From sequence record OR228459.1: a stretch of 64,000 bases of DNA; one strand, given 5' to 3'. The notes under the pieces were generated by a model that saw only the letters and a list, made by a program, of their open reading frames with translations, made no database searches and was not told where the DNA came from. Made by a program: the position numbers and the translations under genes. Below are positions 1 to 11,655 of the stretch, in pieces. Positions within the stretch are counted from its first letter, which is position 1, and each line of letters opens with the position of its first letter.

Positions 1-2
1 TA

Positions 3-677
3 TATAACTTTGGTACTGATATCAATGATCGTGATCACATAGCTCTAGATGTGGATCAAGTAGATAGACCATCGGTGACATTCAACACACAAAAAGTAGA
101 TATGTTCACTACTAATAGCTCATATGTTACTAAACATAACTGGAATCCTATTGTACTAACAATTAGAGATTCGGTAGGTAATGAATCCGCAAAAGCACTA
201 TCAAGACAGCTTCAAAAACAATTAGATTTTCCACGTAGAATTACTTCTCGTTCTGAACAAAACTATTCGGGTTATAAATTTGGTTTAATCATTCAAATGC
301 TTAATGGTAGAAATTCTGAAGATACATTAACTAATTTAGGAAGAGATACAGCAGTTGATATTTCTTCCGCATTAACAAATAACGAAGGGTTGACTAATGC
401 AATTGATCAATTCATCGGTGGTTCTTCATATAATAGTGATGGTATCATGGAGTACTTTGTTTGTGTTGGATGTATTATTCAAGACATAAACTACGATTCT
501 CTTGATTATAGTTCTTCATCTCCAGTAACTATGAAAATTACAATTAAACCTGATAATGTAGTACAGTATGATACTATTGCTGAAATGTACAATAGTCGTA
601 TCAATTCTCTACTTCCTGATGAAGTTAACCAAGGGCTTGATATTATTGATAAAATTTTTGGACAAGCAGGACTATAA
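3..677 (+). CDS. Tail tube-fold protein (T4 gp19-like), 5' truncated by window edge
   Basis: Frame is open from base 3 (YNFGTDINDRDHIALDVDQVDRPSVTF). Motifs V.RP.V.F and W.PI.LTIRD resemble gp19-family tube proteins. Confidence 0.6.
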   Translation, partial: YNFGTDINDRDHIALDVDQVDRPSVTFNTQKVDMFTTNSSYVTKHNWNPIVLTIRDSVGNESAKALSRQLQKQLDFPRRITSRSEQNYSGYKFGLIIQMLNGRNSEDTLTNLGRDTAVDISSALTNNEGLTNAIDQFIGGSSYNSDGIMEYFVCVGCIIQDINYDSLDYSSSSPVTMKITIKPDNVVQYDTIAEMYNSRINSLLPDEVNQGLDIIDKIFGQAGL

Positions 678-686
678 GGAGATAGT

Positions 687-2799
<2,113 letters not shown>

Positions 2800-2827
2800 A
2801 TTAAACTACTGTGACACGGAGTTAACA

Positions 2828-3367
2828 ATGAATAAACTACAGACAATTTTAACATCTCTCACTCCTGAATTTGAGTACAGGGTGAAATTTGCAATGGAAC
2901 CAACCAAAGAAGATATGGCAAAGATTACTGCCCGTCTTATTGACCGTTATGACGCAGTTGAAGTTGGCCCATTAACTAAATTAATTTTCCAAGAAAAACC
3001 CCTAGACTTTTTTGAACTAGATTGTGGCGAAATTTGGATGTTCGATTTTACATGTAATCGTGGCGTACAACCAGAAGTTCTACGTTATGAAATTGGTAAC
3101 CTCTTAAAATGGACTGAGGCTTATATTAAAGTTCGTGGTAAAGGTGAACCCGTTGAGATGGCACAAGAAGAAGAACTTGATGATATAGATTTTGATGAAT
3201 ACGAAACTGTACTAGGTGAGCCATTCGGTGAACCGGAGCCAGATGGTCAGGAGTTAGCTGGACAAGAACGTGCTGAAGTAGCTGTTAAAGATGCTTTAGA
3301 TAATTTAGAAAAGAAAAGCGATAAATTTGCCAAGTACTTAGCTGCTGGCTTTAGTAAGAAGGATTAA
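2828..3367 (+). CDS. Hypothetical protein, probably virion-associated
   Basis: 179 aa; GGAG RBS and TAAATA (2793-2798) upstream. Confidence 0.75.
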   Translation: MNKLQTILTSLTPEFEYRVKFAMEPTKEDMAKITARLIDRYDAVEVGPLTKLIFQEKPLDFFELDCGEIWMFDFTCNRGVQPEVLRYEIGNLLKWTEAYIKVRGKGEPVEMAQEEELDDIDFDEYETVLGEPFGEPEPDGQELAGQERAEVAVKDALDNLEKKSDKFAKYLAAGFSKKD

Positions 3368-3369
3368 TT

Positions 3370-3924
3370 ATGAGTATGTTGGAAGAAATGTTTGAAGGTG
3401 CGAATGATAATCGTGAAACCTTAAACGAACGTCCATATTCGAGAACACAATCTGCTATTGATGCAGCTAAAGGAAAAGTAAAAGGTGCTTTCGGTTCTGG
3501 ACAAATTGAACAAGGTGCACAAGAAGTTGGTGCAGAAGCAAATAAATTATGGATGGATTTCAAACGTTATATTGGTCGTAAATATGGTAAAGCCCAGCAA
3601 ACTGTACCATATGGTGATGTTGTGGCTTTCTTTCAAGGAAATAAATTAGACCCAAAATTCTTGGGTAATAATCAACGTAGGAGTTTCACCCCAAAAGATG
3701 TTGGACAAGCTCTACTTGCAGCAGTGCGGGAATACATGAATGAATTTCCACAAGATAAGCAAGAAGAACCATCGCAGCAGAATGTTCAGCCACGTACTGA
3801 ACCACGGAATGACACAGAAGATTACGAAGATCAGCAGCCGAAAAGCAATCCCACTGGTATTTCAGATGTACTTTCTGGTCTAAGTTCAGCAGAGCGTGAA
3901 CAATTACTACGTCTACTAAGTTAA
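3370..3924 (+). CDS. Hypothetical protein
   Basis: 184 aa; AAGGA RBS; tightly packed in the operon. Confidence 0.75.
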   Translation: MSMLEEMFEGANDNRETLNERPYSRTQSAIDAAKGKVKGAFGSGQIEQGAQEVGAEANKLWMDFKRYIGRKYGKAQQTVPYGDVVAFFQGNKLDPKFLGNNQRRSFTPKDVGQALLAAVREYMNEFPQDKQEEPSQQNVQPRTEPRNDTEDYEDQQPKSNPTGISDVLSGLSSAEREQLLRLLS

Positions 3925-3937
3925 TAGGAGATACAAA

Positions 3938-4924
3938 ATGCTAAATTTTTTCGGTAACAATTCAGAAGTACCGAATGGCTATGTTTACACGTCATATACC
4001 GGATCAAAATATGTGTTTCTAGAAGGGTTATGGTTCAATGACTCTTCTATGAAAATGGTTGATCCTTCTAAGTACTCTAAAATGTATGTAAGTGCACAAC
4101 GTCAAATTGTTGAACAGAATTTACATTCCAAAATGAAAATTGGTAATACATATATTTGTGAAGGAAAAGAATACACTTTTATTGGTGAAGGTAAATTTAC
4201 CCAAAACGGTAATGTTATCGCTGAAAGCCTTAGCATTAGTCATTCTTTAATGGAAGCAGAAGATAATCAACAAATTGCACCAAATGGATATGTTTATACT
4301 TCAAATAAAGGTAAATCATATTATAAAAAAAATGGAGAATGGTATATTTCAGGAACAAAGGATAAAGTTAATTCTTCTGCTAGTAAGCCACTTGAGAAAG
4401 CTGCTATTCGAAAAATAGAACAAGAAAATAATTCTAATGAATTGAAAATTGGTAAAAGTACTTGGACTTCTAGTAAGGGTAAAGAATATACATATGTTGG
4501 TGGAGACCGCTTTATTTCGGAAGATGGAAAACTTTTACCAAAAGGGATGGCTGAAAAAGCTAAAGATGATATAGTCTCTAAGAAAGATGATCATCGAGAA
4601 GAAGATACTAAAGTTCGTGATGATGTAGATTCTAAAATTGATGATACCAGTACTGCTACACCTGAAGACCGCCATGAAGAAGAAAAGACAGACCAACAAA
4701 AAGCTGTTGATGAAATTGATGTAGATCGTGAAGCCCATCAAGAAGAAAAAGATGATATCAAAGGATTAGCAAATAAAATTAAAGCTAGCCCATATTCTCG
4801 TAAGATTACAGTACTTTTAACACGTGCTGATAAACTATCACTTATGGCTGCTGATATTCTTCTATCAGGAAAGGTAGACGAAGTTAAGAAGATTTTACAA
4901 TCATTAAATAATAGAGATGAGTAA
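3938..4924 (+). CDS. Hypothetical protein with two copies of a ~90-aa beta-rich domain
   Basis: NGYVYTS..G..Y....G.W followed by KIG.....GKEYT..G occurs twice; AGGAG RBS. Confidence 0.8.
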   Translation: MLNFFGNNSEVPNGYVYTSYTGSKYVFLEGLWFNDSSMKMVDPSKYSKMYVSAQRQIVEQNLHSKMKIGNTYICEGKEYTFIGEGKFTQNGNVIAESLSISHSLMEAEDNQQIAPNGYVYTSNKGKSYYKKNGEWYISGTKDKVNSSASKPLEKAAIRKIEQENNSNELKIGKSTWTSSKGKEYTYVGGDRFISEDGKLLPKGMAEKAKDDIVSKKDDHREEDTKVRDDVDSKIDDTSTATPEDRHEEEKTDQQKAVDEIDVDREAHQEEKDDIKGLANKIKASPYSRKITVLLTRADKLSLMAADILLSGKVDEVKKILQSLNNRDE

Positions 4925-4941
4925 TCACAAGGATTAATAAA

Positions 4942-5994
4942 ATGACTAAAAAAATTAACGAAGCATCAATTAAACTTGATGTAAATGGACTAGAATCTGA
5001 AGATTTTGAAACACTATCACGTATGCTTGCCCTAGCGGGGCAAGCAGAAACTAATACTGGTTCTGTCGGTACTGGTGGTCTTGCTCCCCTAAAACCAATG
5101 GATTTTGATAGTATTGGTGATGAAGAAGTTGGGGCAGAAACTCAACCTATTATGAATCCAGCAGATGCAATGGCACCTGTATCTCCTGCTGATGGAGCAG
5201 CGGATCTAGGTGATGCTATTGATGACCTAGCAGGTACTGTATCTGATTTCGGTGCAGATACCGAAGAAAGTGAAATGTCACTTGACATGGACGGTCAACC
5301 AAGTGTATCATCTGAATCAGAGTTTGAAGATGACGAAGAACTTGGCGATATTGTTGGTTTCGATGATGTAAGTATGGAACTTGACGATAATGGTGATGAC
5401 GAATTCGATATGAGTCGTATGTCAGAACTAGCTGGTTTAGGAGAATCTCTAATTACTGAAGATGATTCGGCAGCAGAAGAAGTTGTTGATACTGATGCTC
5501 GTGAAGATGAAGATCTTGTTGATGCCGAAGAAGATGCCGCGAATGAAGAATTAGATGAAAGTCAACGAATTCTACCGGATCTTTCACTAGAAGAAGATTC
5601 TAGTGAAGCTGAACAATCATATGGGCCGTTCAATACTGAACGTGAAGCGGTTGAAGATGGAATGCGTCAAACTAATGGTATTGAAGGTGATAACTTCATC
5701 ATAGTACCACAAGGTAACGCATACTACTGGAAACGTACTGTACATGAAGAACTACAGAACGAACCAGAACCCGAATTCTTTGATAATGATGGTATTGAAA
5801 ATTCTCGTCATAATTATCGCCACAAACGTACTGCATTAGGTGATAATCCACTACTTCATAATGTTCGTGAATCAGAAGAAGTAGATGCTGATAACGATAA
5901 AGAAGATGATAATGACGATGAAGATGTAGAACAAATCTACGAAAGCATTGCTGCACAATATGAGAAGTTTCTAGGTGGCTTAAATGGCAAATAA
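4942..5994 (+). CDS. Highly acidic hypothetical protein
   Basis: 350 aa, D/E-rich; AAGGA RBS; TAAATA at 4905-4910. Confidence 0.75.
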   Translation: MTKKINEASIKLDVNGLESEDFETLSRMLALAGQAETNTGSVGTGGLAPLKPMDFDSIGDEEVGAETQPIMNPADAMAPVSPADGAADLGDAIDDLAGTVSDFGADTEESEMSLDMDGQPSVSSESEFEDDEELGDIVGFDDVSMELDDNGDDEFDMSRMSELAGLGESLITEDDSAAEEVVDTDAREDEDLVDAEEDAANEELDESQRILPDLSLEEDSSEAEQSYGPFNTEREAVEDGMRQTNGIEGDNFIIVPQGNAYYWKRTVHEELQNEPEPEFFDNDGIENSRHNYRHKRTALGDNPLLHNVRESEEVDADNDKEDDNDDEDVEQIYESIAAQYEKFLGGLNGK

Positions 5995-6394
5995 TTACCG
6001 TGAAATCATGGAAAGCATTGATGCTATTCTTGATGACGAAACAGAAGTTGATAGGGATGAAGAATCCCTATCCCCACAAGAGCTTCTAAAAGACATTGTT
6101 GGCTGTCTAAGACATTGCATCGATAAGATGAGTTCTGAGGAAGTTGACGATTATGAAGATTTTGTGGAAAAGTTGAAAAAAGTACGTGACATTCTCCAGC
6201 AAGACGATTATAATGATGAACATCAACTAGATGATAATGAAGAACTAGTTGAAGAAAGTCCTTTTCCTGAAATTAAAGGTGATGAATACGGAACTGCTGG
6301 TATGGGGCCACGTATTGATAAAAGTGGTAAGCAACATTATGAAAACCCAAAAGGTCAATCATATGCTGCTAAACATGGGTTTGTAGGAATTTAA
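5984..6394 (+). CDS. Acidic hypothetical protein
   Basis: 136 aa, overlaps the previous stop; AGGTGG RBS. Confidence 0.7.
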   Translation: MANNYREIMESIDAILDDETEVDRDEESLSPQELLKDIVGCLRHCIDKMSSEEVDDYEDFVEKLKKVRDILQQDDYNDEHQLDDNEELVEESPFPEIKGDEYGTAGMGPRIDKSGKQHYENPKGQSYAAKHGFVGI

Positions 6395-6396
6395 AA

Positions 6397-6771
6397 ATGA
6401 TTCCAAAGACCAACAGCACTGAATATCAAAATGAAGTACTGGAAAAAGTTCGTGAAGTATATGAATCCGAAGCGGAGATTACTGACCGAATGCTCCTTAT
6501 GTCCATTTTCGAGAACTTCAGGACTGGTGGCGGTCTTCGTCTAAGTAAATTCGGATTCGAAATCTGTCAAGGTAACGGATTGTATGAATTTGTAAAAGTC
6601 CCATTAAAACGGGAAGATAGAAATTCGGTTGTTTATACATCTTTGGATCGCATATGCACTAGTCCGTATTATGTTTGTGGAACAGACATTTACATCTCGG
6701 ACATGATGGTTGTCACACAGCTTACATTTTGTTGTGACGACTTTCAAAAGCTCTTTGCGGTTTACATGTGA
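6397..6771 (+). CDS. Hypothetical protein
   Basis: 124 aa; AGGA RBS; last gene before an early-type promoter. Confidence 0.7.
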   Translation: MIPKTNSTEYQNEVLEKVREVYESEAEITDRMLLMSIFENFRTGGGLRLSKFGFEICQGNGLYEFVKVPLKREDRNSVVYTSLDRICTSPYYVCGTDIYISDMMVVTQLTFCCDDFQKLFAVYM

Positions 6772-6788
6772 AAAGATTTTAAAAAATC

Positions 6789-6819
6789 TTGGGACAAACC
6801 GAATAACATGTGATATAAT
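6789..6819 (+). promoter_or_regulatory. Early-type (sigma70-like) promoter TTGGGACAAA-N-TGTGATATAAT, copy 1
   Basis: GGGACA, 17-bp spacer, extended -10 TGnTATAAT; same motif at four other intergenic sites. Confidence 0.85.
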
Positions 6820-6855
6820 AAACGCATATTAAGAGACACAGTACGGAACACTAAC

Positions 6856-6895
6856 AAGGCACTGAAGTTAATGGTAACACAGTGCCTTCTCTTTT
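6856..6895 (+). terminator. Leader hairpin with U-rich tail (attenuator or small-RNA terminator)
   Basis: AAGGCACTG/CAGTGCCTT perfect stem, inner GTTA/TAAC stem, followed by CTCTTTT. Confidence 0.55.
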
Positions 6896-6955
6896 GCTTA
6901 TGGATTAGCGATAAACTGAGTATTACATTTTATAACCCAAATGAGGAATATACAT

Positions 6956-8278
6956 ATGAGCAACGATCTACTAAACCTAACTCTATCCCCAAAGAAAACT
7001 AAAATTGCAATGGCACTAGCTGACCGTGTAAAAGACAGTCTAATGATTTGGGGTGCACCCGGTATTGGTAAATCTGCTGTGGCACTACAGTACGCTAATG
7101 AAAAATATCCACTACGCAAAGACAATCTAGAAAAACTAGAATTCATGCGTAAACAAATTGAAGAAGAAACAGATGCAGCACAAAAAGCTCAACTTGAACG
7201 TGAATATAAAGCATTTGACGCTAAACTAATCGATCAAGACACTAACTTCATCGATTTCCGTCTATCTCAAATCGACCCAACTGATCTACGTGGTATTCCT
7301 GTACCAGAAAAAATCTTCCTAGATATGGATGGTAAATCTCTAATTGAGTCTGAACTAAAAGAAGTACAGGATTATATCGCAGAAACCGCAGTTATTTGGG
7401 CTGCACCAAAAGTACTAAAACTACCGTCTGATTGGAAAGGTGTTATTCTATTTGATGAAATTAACTCAGCCATGCCAATCGTACAGGCTGCTTCTTATCA
7501 GCTAATCCTAGACCGTTGTGTTGGCGAAATGAAGCTACCTAAAGACTGCCTAATCCTAGCAGCAGGTAACCGGGAAACTGATGGTGGTGTAACTTTCACA
7601 CTAGCAACTCCACTACGTGACCGCATGACCCACGTTGAAATGGAACCAAACCATCAAGATTGGATTGATGATTACGCAATTGGTAAGCGTCTAAACCCAG
7701 CTACTGTAGCATTCATCAACAACACTGGTACTAAGTTCTTCAACACGCTAAACCCTAATGACCCAAGTCATTCCGGTGGTACTTCCCCACGCTCATGGGA
7801 ACGTGTTGCACAATACGAAGACCTAAATGATGGTTCTCTAGATAAAGAAGTATATCGTGCAATGATTGCAGGACGTATTGGTGAAGCTGCTGCAATCTCT
7901 TACATCGAATACGTAGAAAACGTATCTAAACTACCTGATACTATGAAGATCCTAAATGGTGAAATCAAAGAACTAGATGGTAGCCTAGATATTTCTGCAA
8001 ACTACTTTATCTCTCTAAATCTAGTGTATAAGATTATTGACCTATATGCACAAAAACAAGAGAAGAAACTAGAAGTTGATGAATGGAGCCGCCTAGCAAA
8101 CAACTTCATCATCTTCCTAGAGAAGAACTTCTCCGAATATTCTGCTGAACTAGCTGTACTAGCAATTCGTACACTAACCCAAGCACGTGTTCAACTATCT
8201 TACAAAGAAGTCCCAGCATTCCAAGACTTCGTTAAACGTTATCAGGATCTAGTGCGTCGTGCACGTACCCTAAACTAA
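6956..8278 (+). CDS. MoxR-like AAA+ ATPase
   Basis: Walker A WGAPGIGKS; DFRLSQIDPTDLRGIP; Walker B ILFDEINSA; ILAAGNR; SPRSW. Start moved to ATG 6956 after the GAGGA RBS. Confidence 0.9.
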   Translation: MSNDLLNLTLSPKKTKIAMALADRVKDSLMIWGAPGIGKSAVALQYANEKYPLRKDNLEKLEFMRKQIEEETDAAQKAQLEREYKAFDAKLIDQDTNFIDFRLSQIDPTDLRGIPVPEKIFLDMDGKSLIESELKEVQDYIAETAVIWAAPKVLKLPSDWKGVILFDEINSAMPIVQAASYQLILDRCVGEMKLPKDCLILAAGNRETDGGVTFTLATPLRDRMTHVEMEPNHQDWIDDYAIGKRLNPATVAFINNTGTKFFNTLNPNDPSHSGGTSPRSWERVAQYEDLNDGSLDKEVYRAMIAGRIGEAAAISYIEYVENVSKLPDTMKILNGEIKELDGSLDISANYFISLNLVYKIIDLYAQKQEKKLEVDEWSRLANNFIIFLEKNFSEYSAELAVLAIRTLTQARVQLSYKEVPAFQDFVKRYQDLVRRARTLN

Positions 8279-8285
8279 GTATTAT

Positions 8286-8309
8286 GAGGACGGGTTACCG
8301 TCCTCTTTT
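8286..8309 (+). terminator. Intrinsic terminator between the ATPase and VWA genes
   Basis: GAGGACGG-GTTA-CCGTCCTC-TTTT. Confidence 0.7.
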
Positions 8310-8331
8310 AATCTAACAAGAGGATTATATA

Positions 8332-9753
8332 ATGGTAGAAAGAAATAGTGATGTATCGTCTGAAGTACTAAAAGAGTGTATCAACCGTATGATTCTTGCA
8401 CGTACATCTTTAATGCTAGGCCATCCATTCTTTGGTGTTCTTGCATCACGCCTACGTCCAGTACCTAATAATACTTGGTGTCGTACAATGGCTGTTGATG
8501 GTAAACATCTTTTTTATAATGTAGAATTCGTTATGGGTCTCCAAGACCAATCCAAGCGTGAAGAATATGCTGCAAAACTACGTGCTGCAATTCCTGATAT
8601 TACAGATGAACAAGTTGAAAGTTCATTAAATGGCCTAAGTGACCAGAACTTAATCGCAGTAATTTGTCACGAAATTTTGCACTGTGCATATGACCATTTC
8701 CTACGCCGTGGTAATCGTGATCCTAAAGCATGGAACGTAGCAGCAGACTATGCAATCAACCAAATTATTGTTCGTGATAAGATTGGACAAATTCAAGATT
8801 CATGGCTATTTGATAAGAAGTTCGATGGAATGACAGCAGAAGAAATCTATGCTATTCTACTAGAAGAAGCCCAAAAAAATAAAGGTGATGGTGAGGGCGA
8901 TGGTGACGGCGACGGCGACGATGGTCAAGGTCAAGGTCAGGGCGGTAGTGGCCCCGGTAAAGGTGAATTTCGTGGCACGTTCGGTGGTGGCACCGTAGAC
9001 CAACATGATATTCCAGATGAGGGCAAAGCTACTGATGCTGAAGGTAATCCAATTGACGGAGATAAACGCCGTGAGTATATGGAAGACTTCAAAACTGCTA
9101 TGATGAATGCTGCACGTGCAGGTAATGCACCAGCGGAAATTCAACGTATGATTAAAGACTTCCAAGAACCAAAAATTGATTGGAGATCTAAGTTACATCG
9201 CACACTCCGTTCTTGGATGAAGAGTGATGCATCTTTCACTAATCCTAATCGTCGCTCGTGGAGTACTGGTTTTGGTACTACCGGAACGTTCTATGGTAAC
9301 CCTATTTTCCCCGGACTAAAACCGGACGAGGACATTGATATTGCAATTGCACTAGATGCTTCCGGCTCTATTTCTGAAGCAATGCTAAAGGACTTTATCG
9401 GTGAAGTACTTGGGATTACTAAGCAATTCAAACAATACAAAATTCGTATCATGACATTTGATACACAAGTATACACCGTTCGTGATTACAAAACTGGTGA
9501 AGAGAAGAAAATTCTCGAATACCCAATTCACGGTGGCGGTGGTACTGACTTCCTAGCGGTATGGGAGCACATGAAGGAAGATAATTATAAGCCTAAACAG
9601 CTAATTATGTTCACTGATGGTGAACCTTGGAATTCATGGGGTGATCCAGATTATTGTAAAACATTATTTGTGATTCACTCTAACCCACGCAAAGAAGCAC
9701 CATTTGGTGAAACTGTTCACTATGAATGGGAAGCGAAAAAAGCTCGTGCATAA
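8332..9753 (+). CDS. Metallopeptidase-like (DUF2201-type) plus C-terminal VWA domain protein
   Basis: TMAVDGK; HEILH zincin motif; WNVAADYAIN; G/D/Q-rich linker; MIDAS DASGS...GGTDF...FTDG. Confidence 0.9.
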   Translation: MVERNSDVSSEVLKECINRMILARTSLMLGHPFFGVLASRLRPVPNNTWCRTMAVDGKHLFYNVEFVMGLQDQSKREEYAAKLRAAIPDITDEQVESSLNGLSDQNLIAVICHEILHCAYDHFLRRGNRDPKAWNVAADYAINQIIVRDKIGQIQDSWLFDKKFDGMTAEEIYAILLEEAQKNKGDGEGDGDGDGDDGQGQGQGGSGPGKGEFRGTFGGGTVDQHDIPDEGKATDAEGNPIDGDKRREYMEDFKTAMMNAARAGNAPAEIQRMIKDFQEPKIDWRSKLHRTLRSWMKSDASFTNPNRRSWSTGFGTTGTFYGNPIFPGLKPDEDIDIAIALDASGSISEAMLKDFIGEVLGITKQFKQYKIRIMTFDTQVYTVRDYKTGEEKKILEYPIHGGGGTDFLAVWEHMKEDNYKPKQLIMFTDGEPWNSWGDPDYCKTLFVIHSNPRKEAPFGETVHYEWEAKKARA

Positions 9754-9763
9754 CAAGCTAAAT

Positions 9764-9792
9764 AAAAGGCACAAATGGATGTGCCTTTTTTT
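9764..9792 (+). terminator. Intrinsic terminator
   Basis: AAAAGGCACA-AATGGA-TGTGCCTTTT followed by more T. Confidence 0.85.
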
Positions 9793-9799
9793 GTTTTTC

Positions 9800-9830
9800 T
9801 TGGGACAAACTGAGAAAAATGTGATATAAT
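9800..9830 (+). promoter_or_regulatory. Early-type promoter, copy 2
   Basis: TTGGGACAAACTGAGAAAAATGTGATATAAT. Confidence 0.85.
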
Positions 9831-9870
9831 AAGATGTAAGACAAATATAATACATGGAGTGTATAAAATT

Positions 9871-10125
9871 ATGAGTACTGAAAACCAAAACGCAATTTCT
9901 ATCGATATCGTTGATATTATCAATGCAGCGAAAATTATGGAACAAGCAGTTAAAAACAACGCATTCAGTGTTGAAGAACTAGTGGAAGTTTCCCCTGTGG
10001 TTGCTCGCTTCATCACCGTTGCAAACCAACTAATTGAACAACACAATGCAGCAGTTGAAGCAGCAGAAGCGGCTGAAGCTGGTGACACAGAAGGTGAAGT
10101 ACCATCTGAAAGTAAAGGGGAGTAA
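9871..10125 (+). CDS. Small acidic hypothetical protein
   Basis: Start placed at ATG 9871 after GGAG; first gene behind promoter copy 2. Confidence 0.75.
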   Translation: MSTENQNAISIDIVDIINAAKIMEQAVKNNAFSVEELVEVSPVVARFITVANQLIEQHNAAVEAAEAAEAGDTEGEVPSESKGE

Positions 10126-10130
10126 TCAAT

Positions 10131-10775
10131 ATGGCTATTACTCGACATTGTGGTGTAGTACGTAGTACTGGTTCTCGTGTTTTTGTTGTTTGGCGTCAGC
10201 TACCAGATGAGCCTAAAAGCTGTTTGGTAATTTATCAAGACTCACTTCCAGAACAATATGCTAATTTCGTTATCGATCTCGTCATGGGGCGTGGACAATC
10301 ATCCCTAGACCTATGGGACGTAATGGATAAAGTTGGTGTTCTAGATGGTCGTAAAATGTTAGATGTACTACACCGACTAGGTTATCTACGTCGCATTGAT
10401 ACTAGCAACGTTGATATGCATATTGGCAATGGTGCTAAAATTGCCCTAGATCTACTAAACGAACAGCTAGAAGCACAAACTCAACATACTGATGGTAAAG
10501 TAAAAGAATTCAATCCTTGGGACGATAAGCAAACAGAATTCCAAGAAGTAGGTGGGATTGTTTCAAAATTACTTTCCGAAGCAGCACAGTATGAACAACT
10601 AGCAAAAGAAACTTATGAACGTGCTTATAGTTTGGAACCTTCACTTCGTCCACAAGCACAAGTACAGGAATCAATTGAAACAAGTGATCTAGTACTAACC
10701 ATTCCTGAAGGTACATCCCAAACTAAAGCAATTGAGCTTCTAAAGAAAGCATTAAAAGAACGTAGTGAAAAATAA
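10131..10775 (+). CDS. Hypothetical phage protein
   Basis: 214 aa; GGGGAG RBS. Confidence 0.75.
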   Translation: MAITRHCGVVRSTGSRVFVVWRQLPDEPKSCLVIYQDSLPEQYANFVIDLVMGRGQSSLDLWDVMDKVGVLDGRKMLDVLHRLGYLRRIDTSNVDMHIGNGAKIALDLLNEQLEAQTQHTDGKVKEFNPWDDKQTEFQEVGGIVSKLLSEAAQYEQLAKETYERAYSLEPSLRPQAQVQESIETSDLVLTIPEGTSQTKAIELLKKALKERSEK

Positions 10776-11085
10776 GATATCAAGAGACGAAATTGTTAAC
10801 ATGATATTGGCTGAAAGGCAAAAGCAGGTAGAGTCACCAACGACTCTATCTGATTCAATGAAAACCAAAAATGATTGGACTGCACTAGCTGCTTACTATC
10901 TTTTTGAATCTGCTTCTCGTCCAGATAAACATGTAACTTTCAAAGAATTTCGGGAATCTCTTATTAAGGCATCTGCTGTTCTACTAGCTGCACTAGAAAC
11001 TAGCTTCTCACTGGAAGATGAGAAATTGCAAGATTTACTTAATAAATTGGATTCTAATGATGACAATAACGGAACTAGCAAATAG
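10765..11085 (+). CDS. Possible all-alpha NTP pyrophosphatase (MazG-like) fold protein
   Basis: Pattern ILAERQKQ...DW...FRESLIKASAVLLAALE; canonical acidic motif not evident. Confidence 0.4.
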   Translation: MKNKISRDEIVNMILAERQKQVESPTTLSDSMKTKNDWTALAAYYLFESASRPDKHVTFKEFRESLIKASAVLLAALETSFSLEDEKLQDLLNKLDSNDDNNGTSK

Positions 11086-11647
11086 TATTGCTGGATTCCA
11101 AAACGTATGTTATAGTGGCGGGGCAGCAGGTGCTGACCGCCTTTTTGGTTTGTGGGCTGCATTAAATGATCATGAACAAATTCATTTTTCATTTGCAAAA
11201 CATAAGTATCATGTTGACTGTAATACGGTTTTGGATATACCACAATATATATTATCTGATATATCAATACAAGAAAGATTGCATACTGCAAACAAGAAAC
11301 TAAAACGTAAAATTCCACCTGCTGGAAATTATGTTTATAACTTACTTGCTCGCAACTACTTTCAAATAATCAAGTCTGAACGAGTTTACTGTTTAGCAAA
11401 AATTACTTCACCTGATGAAATAGATGGTGGAACTGCATGGGCTGTGCAAATGTTCATTGACTCATGTGAAAACCCAGAAATATATGTCTATAATCTATTA
11501 GACAACAAACCCTATGTTTACGATTGCAGTACTAAAACATTTAAAGAAGTACTAGAAGTCCCGACACCACATGGTAGATGGACAGGTATTGGTTCTAGAA
11601 GTGCGACTAAACTAGATATGGATAGTTTTACTCAGTACTTCAAGTGA
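11057..11647 (+). CDS. SLOG-superfamily (YspA/DprA-like) nucleotide-binding protein
   Basis: CYSGGAAGAD, GGTAWA and TGIGSR motifs. Start placed at the internal ATG 11057. Confidence 0.55.
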   Translation: MMTITELANSIAGFQNVCYSGGAAGADRLFGLWAALNDHEQIHFSFAKHKYHVDCNTVLDIPQYILSDISIQERLHTANKKLKRKIPPAGNYVYNLLARNYFQIIKSERVYCLAKITSPDEIDGGTAWAVQMFIDSCENPEIYVYNLLDNKPYVYDCSTKTFKEVLEVPTPHGRWTGIGSRSATKLDMDSFTQYFK

Positions 11648-11655
11648 GGTATAAT

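Noticed and set aside
9759-9764. TAAATA after the VWA gene
   Set aside because: Immediately followed by a strong terminator, so unlikely to be a productive late promoter.
9720-10148. 142-aa minus-strand ORF
   Set aside because: Spans a terminator, a promoter and a well-supported plus-strand gene.
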